Positions 51,598 to 64,000 of a DNA stretch of 64,000 nt are shown piece by piece. This DNA comes from Paraspadella gotoi. Taxonomy: Eukaryota > Animalia > Chaetognatha. The stretch is taken from the NCBI GenBank assembly GCA_051294375.1, contig CM119265.1:4648421-4712420 (forward strand). Direction: 5' to 3'. Under the pieces are notes generated by a model, which had not been told where the DNA came from, did not search any database, and saw nothing but the letters and a program-made list of their open reading frames with translations. The stretch's first letter is position 1; the number at the start of each line of letters is the position of its first letter. Both the position numbers and the translations under genes were made by a program.

Positions 51598-54500
51598 ACG
51601 AAGGTCAGAGGGTGAGAAATTTCAATTCAGGTTCTAAACTCGTTTTTGGTTGTGGTTTGATGTTTTTATAACGGGACCTCTAATTCACTAGCGACTACAA
51701 TAATCAACGCGCAAATCGCTTCAAATAACGAAAAACTGAATTTCTTTAATCGCAGAGCACAGTTCCAATTAAAGTGTATCGTCTTAACTTTCACAAACAG
51801 TATTTCACATCGCTCTTTCCCNNNNNNNNNNNNNNNNNNNNNNNNNNNNNNNNNNNNNNNNNNNNNNNNNNNNNNNNNNNNNNNNNNNNNNNNNNNNNNN
51901 NNNNNNNNNNNNNNNNNNNNNNNNNNNNNNNNNNNNNNNNNNNNNNNNNNNNNNNNNNNNNNNNNNNNNNNNNNNNNNNNNNNNNNNNNNNNNNNNNNNN
52001 NNNNNNNNNNNNNNNNNNNNNNNNNNNNNNNNNNNNNNNNNNNNNNNNNNNNNNNNNNNNNNNNNNNNNNNNNNNNNNGAGAGAGAGAGAGAATCTTGAG
52101 TTAGTCGCCCCGGCGTGCTTTCGGCAAAAGAGATAAAAGTAAAGCGAGAGAGAGAGATGGTTTATATGGTGAAGCGTCATCCGGCGCACCACGGGAGAGC
52201 GCGAGGAGGTGCGGTGAGCGTGGCTCGTGGGTGCATTGTGAATGACGTTAGCGACAGGTGCAAGAAAGGGTGGAACGCGGGAAGATCATTATCGAGGGAA
52301 GAAGATGACGACGTGATAGCGAAGGCCGAAGACGTAGACGTATTTGCGAAGCTGAAAATAAAATTTGAAGAAAATAATAAAGTGATCAACTCAAGTTGAA
52401 AAGAAATCTGTAGAGAACAAAGTTAAAAGATTTAAACGAATTGTTTAGTTTGACATATTTAAAGGTCTTCATCATTTAACTGGAATCTGGAAAAGAGCCT
52501 CTTTCCGGTCGAACCTCAAATCTCTATCGCCACGCCCACCCTTGGACGTACTCCCCCCCTTCCCATCAGGGCCTCTCCCGAAAGACCGGCGTCCTTTCCC
52601 ATCATCGCGCCTGGAAATGACGAGGCGACGCCTGGCGACAGAGAAACCAATTAAGGTCACTCTGCCTATGAAATATATAAACTGATAGAGAGGGAAGANN
52701 NNNNNNNNNNNNNNNNNNNNNNNNNNNNNNNNNNNNNNNNNNNNNNNNNNNNNNNNNNNNNNNNNNNNNNNNNNNNNNNNNNNNNNNNNNNNNNNNNNNN
52801 NNNNNNNNNNNNNNNNNNNNNNNNNNNNNNNNNNNNNNNNNNNNNNNNNNNNNNNNNNNNNNNNNNNNNNNNNNNNNNNNNNNNNNNNNNNNNNNNNNNN
52901 NNNNNNNNNNNNNNNNNNNNNNNNNNNNNNNNNNNNNNNNNNNNNNNNNNNNNNNNNNNNNNNNNNNNNNNNNNNNNNNNNNNNNNNNNNNNNNNNNNNN
53001 NNNNNNNNNNNNNNNNNNNNNNNNNNNNNNNNNNNNNNNNNNNNNNNNNNNNNNNNNNNNNNNNNNNNNNNNNNNNNNNNNNNNNNNNNNNNNNNNNNNN
53101 NNNNNNNNNNNNNNNNNNNNNNNNNNNNNNNNNNNNNNNNNNNNNNNNNNNNNNNNNNNNNNNNNNNNNNNNNNNNNNNNNNNNNNNNNNNNNNNNNNNN
53201 NNNNNNNNNNNNNNNNNNNNNNNNNNNNNNNNNNNNNNNNNNNNNNNNNNNNNNNNNNNNNNNNNNNNNNNNNNNNNNNNNNNNNNNNNNNNNNNNNNNN
53301 NNNNNNNNNNNNNNNNNNNNNNNNNNNNNNNNNNNNNNNNNNNNNNNNNNNNNNNNNNNNNNNNNNNNNNNNNNNNNNNNNNNNNNNNNNNNNNNNNNNN
53401 NNNNNNNNNNNNNNNNNNNNNNNNNNNNNNNNNNNNNNNNNNNNNNNNNNNNAGGGATGGAGCGATGTGAAGTGGAGGAAAAAAAGGTAATAGTTTTGGA
53501 GTTTCACTATTTATGTGAGCGTAGTGCGTGATACGGGTTTAGTATGATTGGTGAATTATGTGAATAATGATGACAACGGAGAATCAGATGGTATCATAGA
53601 AGTAGAAGAACATGGAAAAAGAAAAAGAACAGCTTAGAACTGAGTTATAAAGTTTGAACGCATACGTGGAGCAGAAACCTGAAAACTGACCGAAAAAAGA
53701 AAGAGAGAGAGAGAGCGCCAGAAAAGGATTTTAAAAAAGATTAAAAAAAAGAGAGGGATAGGAAGGGGACAGTAATGGTGATTGAGCGCCACCTTGATAA
53801 TAGAAACTGAAGGCGACGCCGAACAAATGACGCGAAACGGAATAAAAAAAAGTTTAAAAAAAAAATTTAAAAAAAAGACGAAATCGTCTTTTACTAAAAA
53901 TAGAATCTCTCGCAGAGAAACTCGCTCGTGCGAGAAACGCCGAAGAAGATCTCGTTTTAACCCGCGTCGTCTGTAAAGCAAAAACGTCTTCTTTCTATCA
54001 GACAGAACCGTTTATTTTTCAGCAGCGACGACAGTAAAATTGATTTTTTTTATTTGTAAGTAAAAGTATAACAAAATAGTTAGGAAGGGGAATAGTTCTA
54101 TTCTTAGACCCCCCTGTTGATGTGCTTCAATATAATACATATCTCAACAACATTCTAGAGTCCCAGTCATTTATTTCACGCCCATTACTGTCTGTTCATC
54201 CTCTCCTTTCTTCTTCTCCGTACACAAACACGATGAGAGACCGAAAGAGGGAGATGAGGNNNNNNNNNNNNNNNNNNAGGGGGAAAAGGAATTGGCCATT
54301 CTTGGGGTCGCGTTCCTTCGCGTTTTTCTGCCACGCCCATCATCGTACTCGAGCCTCAGACATCCGCGGAATAAAAAAAAAANNNNNNNNNNNNNNNNNN
54401 NNNNNNNNNNNNNNNNNNNNNNNNNNNNNNNNNNNNNNNNNNNNNNNNNNNNNNNNNNNNNNNNNNNNNNNNNNNNNNNNNNNNNNNNNNNNNNNNNNNN

Positions 54501-56685
54501 NNNNNNNNNNNNNNNNNNNNNNNNNNNNNNNNNNNNNNNNNNNNNNNNNNNNNNNNNNNNNNNNNNNNNNNNNNNNNNNNNNNNNNNNNNNNNNNNNNNN
54601 NNNNNNNNNNNNNNNNNNNNNNNNNNNNNNNNCTCCCCACTGAGGGAATGGTCTTTTTTTTTTCTGTCGCCCTTTTGATGGTAGTAGATTTGGTAGAAGA
54701 TTTTGAGCGACCGCCAAAAGATGTCGCCGACAGTCAATAAACAGGGGAAAGAAAAAAACAGGAGACTAACGCGACTTCCGATTTCAGAGTTGGAATTTGA
54801 CTGCGTGATATATCTTTGTTGATTAGATGGGGTACTTATGGAGTCATAAAAAAGGAGATTTAATTTAAAGTATAGAGCCATGTATTCTTGAAGACAAAGT
54901 AGGTTTTAAATGTTTTAAAATAGAATAAATATTGAAACTTAGCTAAGAACATATTAATAAATAAATGTTAAATTTTATCCTGTGCAGTAGAATAATAAAC
55001 TTCTTTAAACTTCTGGCCTCAATAAATAAAGGTTCTTTTTTTAACAAACGAAACAAACTCAAATTTAATCGCGAAAAGGAAAAAAACAATCATTGACAAT
55101 TTTCAAAAAACAAACCCTTCGAAAGCGATTGAAAAATAAAAATCAACAGAACAAAGTGAAAAATTCATAAAAACAAAAAGTAAAAAAAAAAACCCCAAAC
55201 AAACAGACGAAACCAAAAATACAAAGATGAAAATTGAGAAAAAGTAAAACTTAAAAAAAACAAAAACAAAAACAAAAAAAAAACAAAAACAGCTTCGGAA
55301 AGCAAATGATCTCGTTCACATAACTTATTATTGCTCATCTTCGCGATCACGATATAATTTGCCTAATCATAATTTTGACAACATTTCGCACAACGATTAA
55401 TTAATTCCTTGTAACTTTTTTCTGACGAGAAGGACCGATACGTTTATGATATTCTTTTTTTTTTTCCGTCGTCGTTTGTCATCGTGGTCGTCTCAGCGCC
55501 TTATCGTCGCGACACCGCCAGCACCTTCACTCGACTTTGCGCCCTCGCTCGAATCCCAGCGACCCGAAATTCGACTCGAATTCGCCCTTCTGAGCCCCTC
55601 ACCCTTCCCTCGGTTGACCCGACCTCTTTCGTCTTTCGATCCGCGCGCCGATTAAAAGAAAACAATTCCCCCCTCACCCCGCTGCCGAATGACTTACCCG
55701 TATTTCCACATCGCGGTTTCCCTTTCCCGATTTGAATAAGAAAAAAAAGAAAAGAAAATCCGACCCACGAATCCAACTTCGAAATAAAAAAAAAAAACTT
55801 TCCCCAAATCTTCGCATTGATCTCGGCGACATCGCAAAACTGAAAAAGAAAAGTAAAACGTAACTTACCCGACGAATCGCCTTCCTTTTCGTCCCGCCAA
55901 TCTCGCCACACCACGTCCGCAGCTGCATCAGCGCCAACAAACTTTGCCAGACCGTTCCCGTGAGAAAAAAAATCTTATCCCACACCGAAAAAAATACCTT
56001 CCCTTTCCTAATTTTTTTTTCTCGTCATAAACCAATTTTCTTGTCCACCCTAAACACAATTTTAATACCTTCCTCTTTAGCCCTTCATCTCAATTTTTGT
56101 TTTATATTCTCTTTATTATTGTCAGCAGTGATTTCAATCCTTAATCCTCTCTCTTTATCCCACGGGTTTGATCTAAATTTCTATCCCTTGCCTCCTCGAC
56201 AAGTCAGCAGTGATAGTAATCCCTACCTACTCCCTCACGACCTGTAAATTCCTTACCCTCCCTATCTCAATTCTTCGCACCGGCGATCGACATCCTCCCA
56301 CTCTCCTTACCCGCCAAGTAGACTTTCCCCGCCAGATCGGCATCGATCGACGCCCACGAAATTCCTTACTCCTTCAAAAAAAAAAACAAAAAAACCTTCG
56401 ATATATTTGTGTCCGCTTACTCTTCGGCTGACCCCGTTCGGTTCCCGATCACCGACGCCTCCCCCCCTCCTTCTCTTCCTTCACCTCCTCCGCCACAAGG
56501 ACTTGTATAAACCGAGAGCGAGAGAGCGAGAGAACGAGAGAAAGAGAGAGCGAGAGAGAGAGAGAGTTAGAAAGGAAAAAAAAATGACCAGCCAAAACAC
56601 GGTTCAAATCTCACCTCGGAAAAACAAACAAACAAAAACATTCCACCTCCTCCTCCACCGCCGCCGCCAAACGCCGCGATCCAAG

Positions 56686-56821
56686 ATGGCGTCGGCGCCA
56701 TCGTCGTTCCCTCGCCACGCCCCGCACGCGTCCCGCGAGCGACACTTCCGGCGGTGGATCATCAATTTCGTCCTCACTTCGTCCATTTGGGTTAATTACA
56801 CCGCGTCTTCACTCGATATCA
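56686..56821 (+). CDS. Candidate first coding exon of a spliced gene (MASAPSSFPRHAPHASRERHFRRWIINFVLTSSIWVNYTASSLDI, phase-1 end); product unknown
   Basis: Strong start context CCAAGATGGCG (also a YY1-type motif), GC-rich non-repetitive sequence, consensus donor CA|GTGAGT at 56822, and TATAAA near 56505. Confidence 0.5.
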
Positions 56822-57153
56822 GTGAGTACTTTTTTCTTTTTTTAGTTCTCTCTCTCTCTCTCTCTCTCTCTCCCCCTCTCTCTTCCCGGTTTATTAACGA
56901 GGAAGACTTTATCTTACGAACACGAGCTTCTTCTCTCTTCTTCTCCACCGACTTTTTATGACGCACCGACTTGGGGCGTGTCTTTGCCGCTTAACCGAGA
57001 GAGGGAAGGGGTTAGTAATGGTATTATTGTCATGGCTTATATCTAGCCCGAAAAATTTGGAAACTTGGGAAGAAGACTGCCGAGAACCTTTTTGAGATAA
57101 TGAGTGGAAAAAGTTTAAAAAAAGTATTCAGAATTTGACGTTGCCAAAAAACA

Positions 57154-58144
57154 NNNNNNNNNNNNNNNNNNNNNNNNNNNNNNNNNNNNNNNNNNNNNNN
57201 NNNNNNNNNNNNNNNNNNNNNNNNNNNNNNNNNNNNNNNNNNNNNNNNNNNNNNNNNNNNNNNNNNNNNNNNNNNNNNNNNNNNNNNNNNNNNNNNNNNN
57301 NNNNNNNNNNNNNNNNNNNNNNNNNNNNNNNNNNNNNNNNNNNNNNNNNNNNNNNNNNNNNNNNNNNNNNNNNNNNNNNNNNNNNNNNNNNNNNNNNNNN
57401 NNNNNNNNNNNNNNNNNNNNNNNNNNNNNNNNNNNNNNNNNNNNNNNNNNNNNNNNNNNNNNNNNNNNNNNNNNNNNNNNNNNNNNNNNNNNNNNNNNNN
57501 NNNNNNNNNNNNNNNNNNNNNNNNNNNNNNNNNNNNNNNNNNNNNNNNNNNNNNNNNNNNNNNNNNNNNNNNNNNNNNNNNNNNNNNNNNNNNNNNNNNN
57601 NNNNNNNNNNNNNNNNNNNNNNNNNNNNNNNNNNNNNNNNNNNNNNNNNNNNNNNNNNNNNNNNNNNNNNNNNNNNNNNNNNNNNNNNNNNNNNNNNNNN
57701 NNNNNNNNNNNNNNNNNNNNNNNNNNNNNNNNNNNNNNNNNNNNNNNNNNNNNNNNNNNNNNNNNNNNNNNNNNNNNNNNNNNNNNNNNNNNNNNNNNNN
57801 NNNNNNNNNNNNNNNNNNNNNNNNNNNNNNNNNNNNNNNNNNNNNNNNNNNNNNNNNNNNNNNNNNNNNNNNNNNNNNNNNNNNNNNNNNNNNNNNNNNN
57901 NNNNNNNNNNNNNNNNNNNNNNNNNNNNNNNNNNNNNNNNNNNNNNNNNNNNNNNNNNNNNNNNNNNNNNNNNNNNNNNNNNNNNNNNNNNNNNNNNNNN
58001 NNNNNNNNNNNNNNNNNNNNNNNNNNNNNNNNNNNNNNNNNNNNNNNNNNNNNNNNNNNNNNNNNNNNNNNNNNNNNNNNNNNNNNNNNNNNNNNNNNNN
58101 NNNNNNNNNNNNNNNNNNNNNNNNNNNNNNNNNNNNNNNNNNNN
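57154..58144. other. Assembly gap (largest of more than 15 N runs)
   Basis: N run. Other gaps lie near 29586, 43091, 44051, 44950, 47923, 49319, 50595, 50929, 51822, 52699 and 54383; many abut AG/CT tracts. Confidence 0.99.
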
Positions 58145-58602
58145 GCAATTATCACCGAGGGAGTGAGTATCGGAATTCGATTTGTTTCATTTCTTGGTCC
58201 GTTCGTTTGTTCGACTTCTCTCTTTCTTCGCCTCCCTTCGGCTTTGAATGTCACGTTCCAAAATAATACTCCTTGGTTTCGTGTGACTCTGCCACATGAA
58301 AATAGTTGGAATAATTTGAATAGACATTGCATTATTCAATTTTACTGGAAAAATCCAATAATAAGACAATGACTTATGTTTCAAAGCATTCACTTGGCAT
58401 CAAGTTGGTCCAACACAAAGGGGAGGTGTGCATTTCTTTATGTATATCCGTGGAACGCCTATTATTATTTTTTGGATGACTTACATTTCAGATCGCCGAA
58501 TCTCTATCGTTGCTCTTTAATTATTTAACTTTTGTAGGAGAATAGTTTTTGTGGCTTTTTCGCGAAGTCAAACATACCCCCTGGATTGTTGAAGATAACA
58601 AT

Positions 58603-58649
<47 letters not shown>

Positions 58650-59386
58650 TATCTCTCTTCCCATCTCTCTCGCTCGACCGCGCTGCGAATCATATCGAAA
58701 ACCTACTGACTCTTTCGGACATGTTTCGACGTTTTTAAGGTTTATTTTTGAAATAATTATTTCGAGTTGAATCGGTTCCGAAAGAAATATATCATCGCCT
58801 TAAAAAAAGATAAAGTTTTTCGGTTCCGCTTGGAAGTTCGACTTAAAGTTTGTGATGAAATCTCTCCCGTCGGCATTTTTCGATTTATCTCCGACAAAAT
58901 GATGGTATACAATATACAATGTATACAATGTATATTGAGCCGATTACTGTTCTTTATATTTTTTTTTTCATCAGGGTTCCTTAAAAATACCCTTTTTAGG
59001 TCAGTCGGAATTTTTTTTTTAAAATGCCTCTAGTGAAAAAAATGTTTCTCACGCTCATCTCGTGATCTTCCTTTGCCTTAGTTCAGCCTTTAGGATTGCC
59101 TTGTAAAAATGTCCAAAAACGAAAATAAACAACTAAAGGAGTCGCTCTTGTCAATTTTTTCGTGAACAAACGGGGGTACCTAAAGGGGGTACCCAAGGGG
59201 TTTTTTTTTTCTTCATCTAAAACGGTCACGCATTGTCTCTCTTCATGCCGACCATTCGGTCTCATATTACGCGGTAGATCGAAAAACCATCTTCTGAGAT
59301 TTCGATTTTGGTTAATTTGTTTGATTTCTCGATAATGCCATATCCAGAATTTATTCTCGCCACTTTCGATTTTATTGCTCTCTCTC

Positions 59387-59455
<69 letters not shown>

Positions 59456-62400
59456 CTCTCTTTATTTCATTTTTCATTATCCCTCTCATTCCCTCCTCTC
59501 CAAAAAATGTCCTCTCCCACCTCGCTCTTAATTCCCCTTCTCCTCCACCTCCCTCTCTCCCTCTCCGATAATCGTCATTAAAAAAGTCGCTGCATGATGA
59601 TTCGTCTCGTCCTCTCCGTCGCCTCGCCCCCCCCCTCCCCCCCTCCTCTGGCTCCTTGAGTCTTTCGACTCTCGGCGTTATTAACATATCTCTTCCGAGT
59701 CGAACAATCATATTTATTAGCGATCGAAATCAAAAAGCTGGAAGAATGACGGTTCATTCCTCGATATGACAGCGGACGAAGAGGAATGAATTTCTTCTTT
59801 TCTTTTTTCCGACTCTTTCGTTATCTTTCTCTCTTTATTTTCCTTTTTTTTTTTTTAAATATCATACGTGGCCTTTCACTCGGCTTATCGCCAGTTGAGT
59901 GACGTGATAAAGGAATCCATTTTTTTCATTTGACCCTGTAAATGTTTTCTTCTCCCATAAACGAAATATAATTCGAGCTTTATTCATTGTTCCGAATATT
60001 TTCCTTCGAAAAAAAAAAAACACGAAGAAGGCTGACTACTCTGGTATATTCAGTCTTTCTGTGGTTCTTTCAAAAAAAAATAAAAGATCTAAATAAAAAG
60101 GTGGTTTTTTGGTCGACTTGATCCGTTTCGTCGCCTCAAAATATTACATCGTGTCGAATTTTATTACGGTAATACCGTTTTTCATTCATTATTTCTGCCC
60201 GACTTGGTTTTTTTTCATATATTAACCTCAGTGTCATATTCTGTTTTATTTGATTTTCGTTTTCTGTTTTTCTTTTGTTTCAAAAGTAAAACAAAAAATC
60301 TTTTTTTTTTTTTAATAAATTCTCGTCGCGGTTTTGCCCGGTCGACGCCGCGAACCCGATAAATCTGATATTTCCGCCTTTCCAAAAAAAATTCCAATAT
60401 ATTTCTTCGACTTTGGGGGAAACCGTTATTGTCAAGTTTTTACCCGAATCGGAATGACACGCTCGAAATGACAGGCTCGAGTTTCTAAAGGCGACCGTCG
60501 GATGTGTTTGGCGGCGAAAACGTTTTGTCCTCGAACATGGCATCGTCGTCGTGGTCGTCGTCGTCCACGTCGTCTTTGTCATCTAAAATCGAAAAGGATC
60601 TTCAAGAATGAAATTTTTTTTTGGTTGGGGGGGGGAGAGAGCGAAAATGAATCGGCGCGATGAAGCGAAAACGAAATTGAAAAACGAAAAAAAAAAAAAA
60701 AAATTAAAGAAGATGAATGAGAGAAAGAGAAAAAAAAAACTAAATCAAATAAATAAATAAATAAGAATCTTAGCTAAATTCAAGGGAACGAGAGGAGACA
60801 CGAGACGACGGCGTCGACGCCCGAACGACCGTCGGGTCTGAAGCGCCGTTTTGGGTGCGACCGGCGTCAGGGGGCCGACGGTCTGCCCTCCCGTCCGCTC
60901 GCTGGTCCCCGACCGAAGGTGTCGGGCCGACATCTCAGGCAACAAGGCTAATCCTCTTTCGCCATTATGCGCAGTCTGATGGTATCGAATTACGGGAAAA
61001 CTTTCGAATCAAATTTTTTTTTTGGTTTGAGTCTCCGAAAAATATGATAAGAAGATCTTAGACTGAGTTGCGGGTCTGAGTTGCAGCTTTTCGGAAGTTT
61101 GAGCAGATTTTTAAATGCTCTTCGAGAATTTCGAATGACTGTCACTTGTATTTGAGAGAAAGATAGACAATGTTGGTATTTTAATTACTAAGTGCAATAG
61201 AGTCAGCCTGGAATTTTAACCAAGCGCAGGTGTACCAAACGTTTAAAACTGAACGCGGCTGTCGACTTATATTTTTTCACAAAGTTTTCGATTCGTTCCC
61301 AGAATCGGCTTAGCCTATTTTCCTTGTTTTTTAAGTCGCTATATCTCGCTTGGGTTTATTCATAAAAATTCCCTCGTCCCCTAGTTTCTTCTTGAGTAAA
61401 CACGGTTAAAATGGTTTTATCGCTCAACAAATTTTTTTTTCGAATTCGAATGTGTTGGTTTTTTTGGGGTTGAGGAGGGGGGGGGCGACGGCTAGGATTT
61501 GCATTTTATAATCTCGTGGATTCTTTATTGAAACAAGCGAAGAATTTTAAATTTACGGAGAAAGGTTTTATCTCGTTAGGGAAAGATAATTCCAGGAGAA
61601 AGAGTTTGGAAAAGAAAAAGATAAACTTTGTCATAAAGAGCGGCAGAGAGTTAGACGTTAGATAGATTTAAAACCTTTTTTTTTCCGTTTTCATGGTCAA
61701 GTATATAAATTATAAAGCCGTCAGTTGTCAAGTTATTTATAAAACTGTTTCTTTAGCCATAATTTCTCCGCTTCGGCTCTTCCAGTTACGTCTTAATTAA
61801 CGTTCTCCGTGCGAGATTCTACTCGACCAAAAAGAAAAACAAAAAGAAGACGATATTTGGTCAAATATTAAAAAAAATATATATTTCGTCTGGTCGGCAG
61901 CGGCGGTTATTTGTTATTCCTTTCAGCGAGGATTGTTTATCTTTTCGGCGTTTGACTTGTTTTTCTTTGTTTCTCGTCAAACGTCGGTGACGTCAAGTCG
62001 GTGTCGTGGACCGTCGAGATGCCATGTTTTTAATTACCACACGGTTTGAGATTCGTCGGAAATTATAAAACTACCATGGGCCATCTAATCTTGTCTGCAT
62101 TCAGCCTTATCTCAACGAGCGGGTGAATTTACTTCTTTTCAACTGTTCCTCCAAGGTTGGATCTCGGTTCTCTGGCTAAATGCAATAGGAACTTATTAAT
62201 AACAGAATGTGCCATTTGAGAAGATTTCCCACGCTTCGGTCATCACTGACAATCCAACTATTGCTCTAATAGAATATTTAAAAATTTTATAAAATAAAAT
62301 AGATTTGTTATTTTTCTTTCATTTCTCTGGTGTAAGTTTAAAAAGAGAAAAATTAAAATAAAAAAATCTAATTTTGATAAGTAACAGCAATGATAATGAA

Positions 62401-62793
62401 AAATGAACAACCCGTTGTTACTTGAACCTATTCGTTTTATCTCCGTGTCCGTCAGGTCGAGAGAGAAAGAGTTAAATCGATCCGCAATTCGATCCTCTCC
62501 ATCTTCATGTGCGACGAAAACTTTGGGCTGGGACGAAGGTGGGGGGGAGAGAGAGAGAGAGCGGACGTTGGCGCCACCCGATAGCGTGGGGAAAGATGAG
62601 GTGGCGCCGGACGGGATTATCCGGCGCCGATTCGCTGGCGGAGAGAGGGGGCGTGGTTGTGGGCGTGGTTGACGCCGGAGATTCTAGAGAAAATGGCTCC
62701 CGTTTGGTTGGGCCAGAATTTTGTGGAATCTCGGTGTCGTGGAGATGGTGACGAGTTCCAGGCAGGACTATGAGAATGCCAACCAGGATTGCT

Positions 62794-63137
62794 TTAATAA
62801 TTGTACGTGTGATTTGTTCGGTCGATCGATCGTTCGCTATAGAGCGCGATGAATGATCGCGCGGCAAGGATGCTTGCTATTAGTCATTTGTCTCCCTTTG
62901 ATCGACCGATCGTGCCAAGAATTACGATCGCGTCGGGGCAACAACAACGACGACAACAATCGGTTTCTTCTTACATTCTCCCACTGATTATCTTGTTCGC
63001 CTTGTTTCTCTCCTTCCTTCTTAACGCCGCTAAGGTCGTTGTCGTAGCGGCGCCGTCGTCGTCCTCGTCGTCGTCATCGTCGTCGTCGTCGGGCGACGCC
63101 GTCTCGGGTTTCCATTGGCTGTCGTCATAAATCGAAA
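62794..63137 (-). CDS. Candidate 3' exons of a minus-strand gene: 63137..62975 and 62836..62794 (..SIYDDSQWKPETASPDDDDDDDDEDDDGAATTTTLAALRRKERNKANKIISGRIERSIDRTNHTYNY*); product unknown
   Basis: On the minus strand: acceptor TCTCTCCAAG, donor AT|GTAAGA, and a 138-nt intron with branch-like GACTAAT and acceptor CTCTATAG. The phases are compatible. Confidence 0.33.
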
Positions 63138-63383
63138 CTTGGAGAGACACGAAAATCATCGAAAGTGAAAAGAGGTTAAACCAGCGCCTTTTTCGTGTCT
63201 CCGACTCCGTAACTCATTAGGTTTTACTCGAGGGTGGTATTTGCTTTTATAACTTTATACGAACCGGGTTACTTGGGGGGATTAAAAATGGAATGGAAGG
63301 GTCTCCGTTGAGAGATTGACATTTATTAAGTTCTTTTTTTTGTGTGGCTTTTTAATAAGTATTTTTTTATAAGATTATACTTT

Positions 63384-63512
<129 letters not shown>

Positions 63513-64000
63513 ACAGACAAGGACCTCGATTGGCCAATCATCGCTTTCGGTTCACAATCTTGTTGAATCTCTAGTGTGTTTGTTTTGTTATCGGAATATT
63601 CACGATTTTTTTTTCAAAAATATAAAAAATAAAAATATAATCAGACTCTCGAACAAATCGCCTCAGGCGCCGTGCAGAGTTGACAAAGCGATAGAATTAA
63701 AAAAAAAAAACTAACAAAAGACAAAAGAAAAATATAAGAATAGAAAAAGAGAAAACAATAAATGAGACCAAAAAAAGTTTCCTTACAATAAAGCTACGCG
63801 GGAGCTCTCAATCTCAATAATAAAAAAAAACAGTATTTTGAAAAGAAAACCAAAATAAATTTTCTCAAAAACGAAAAAAAAAAAATAATACGAAATTTTT
63901 TCTTTTCTTCGTGAATTTTGTTTTGATTTGAGGTTTTTAAGTTTCTCCGCAATAAAAAAAAAACTGTTTTGATTCGATGTCTTTAAACGGGATCGACTTT

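Noticed and set aside
49889-52660. Short GC-rich ORFs near 50040-50290, 52115-52399 and 52472-52660
   Set aside because: They may be exon fragments between gaps, but no family resemblance or coherent splice model was found.

Overview
Eukaryotic, most likely invertebrate animal, draft-genome window. It is AT-rich but not CpG-depleted, saturated with (AG)n/(CT)n and (GAC)n/(GTC)n microsatellites, and broken by many N gaps. Almost all ORF-track entries are low-complexity artefacts of these repeats. The clear coding content is a tandem pair of paralogous ankyrin-repeat genes at about 2.25-4.44 kb on the + strand. Reading upstream of each ankyrin exon reveals small exons, joined by 62-86 nt phase-0 GT-AG introns, that encode N-terminal signal peptides missed by the ORF track. 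Both genes therefore appear to encode secreted ~5-repeat ankyrin proteins, with aligned cysteines, an aligned N-glycosylation sequon and a shared C-terminal cap. Other signals are three RFX X-box motifs within 6 kb (two upstream of AAAATG|GTAAGT start-plus-donor sites), ETS/YY1-type promoter motifs, a candidate first exon at 56.7 kb, candidate minus-strand exons at about 63 kb, and a perfect 18-bp hairpin. Four large near-duplications (three direct, one inverted) differ mostly by small indels, and three of them lie at or near gaps. They are most likely long-read gap-filling artefacts. All alignments and gene models were made by eye; no database searches were run.
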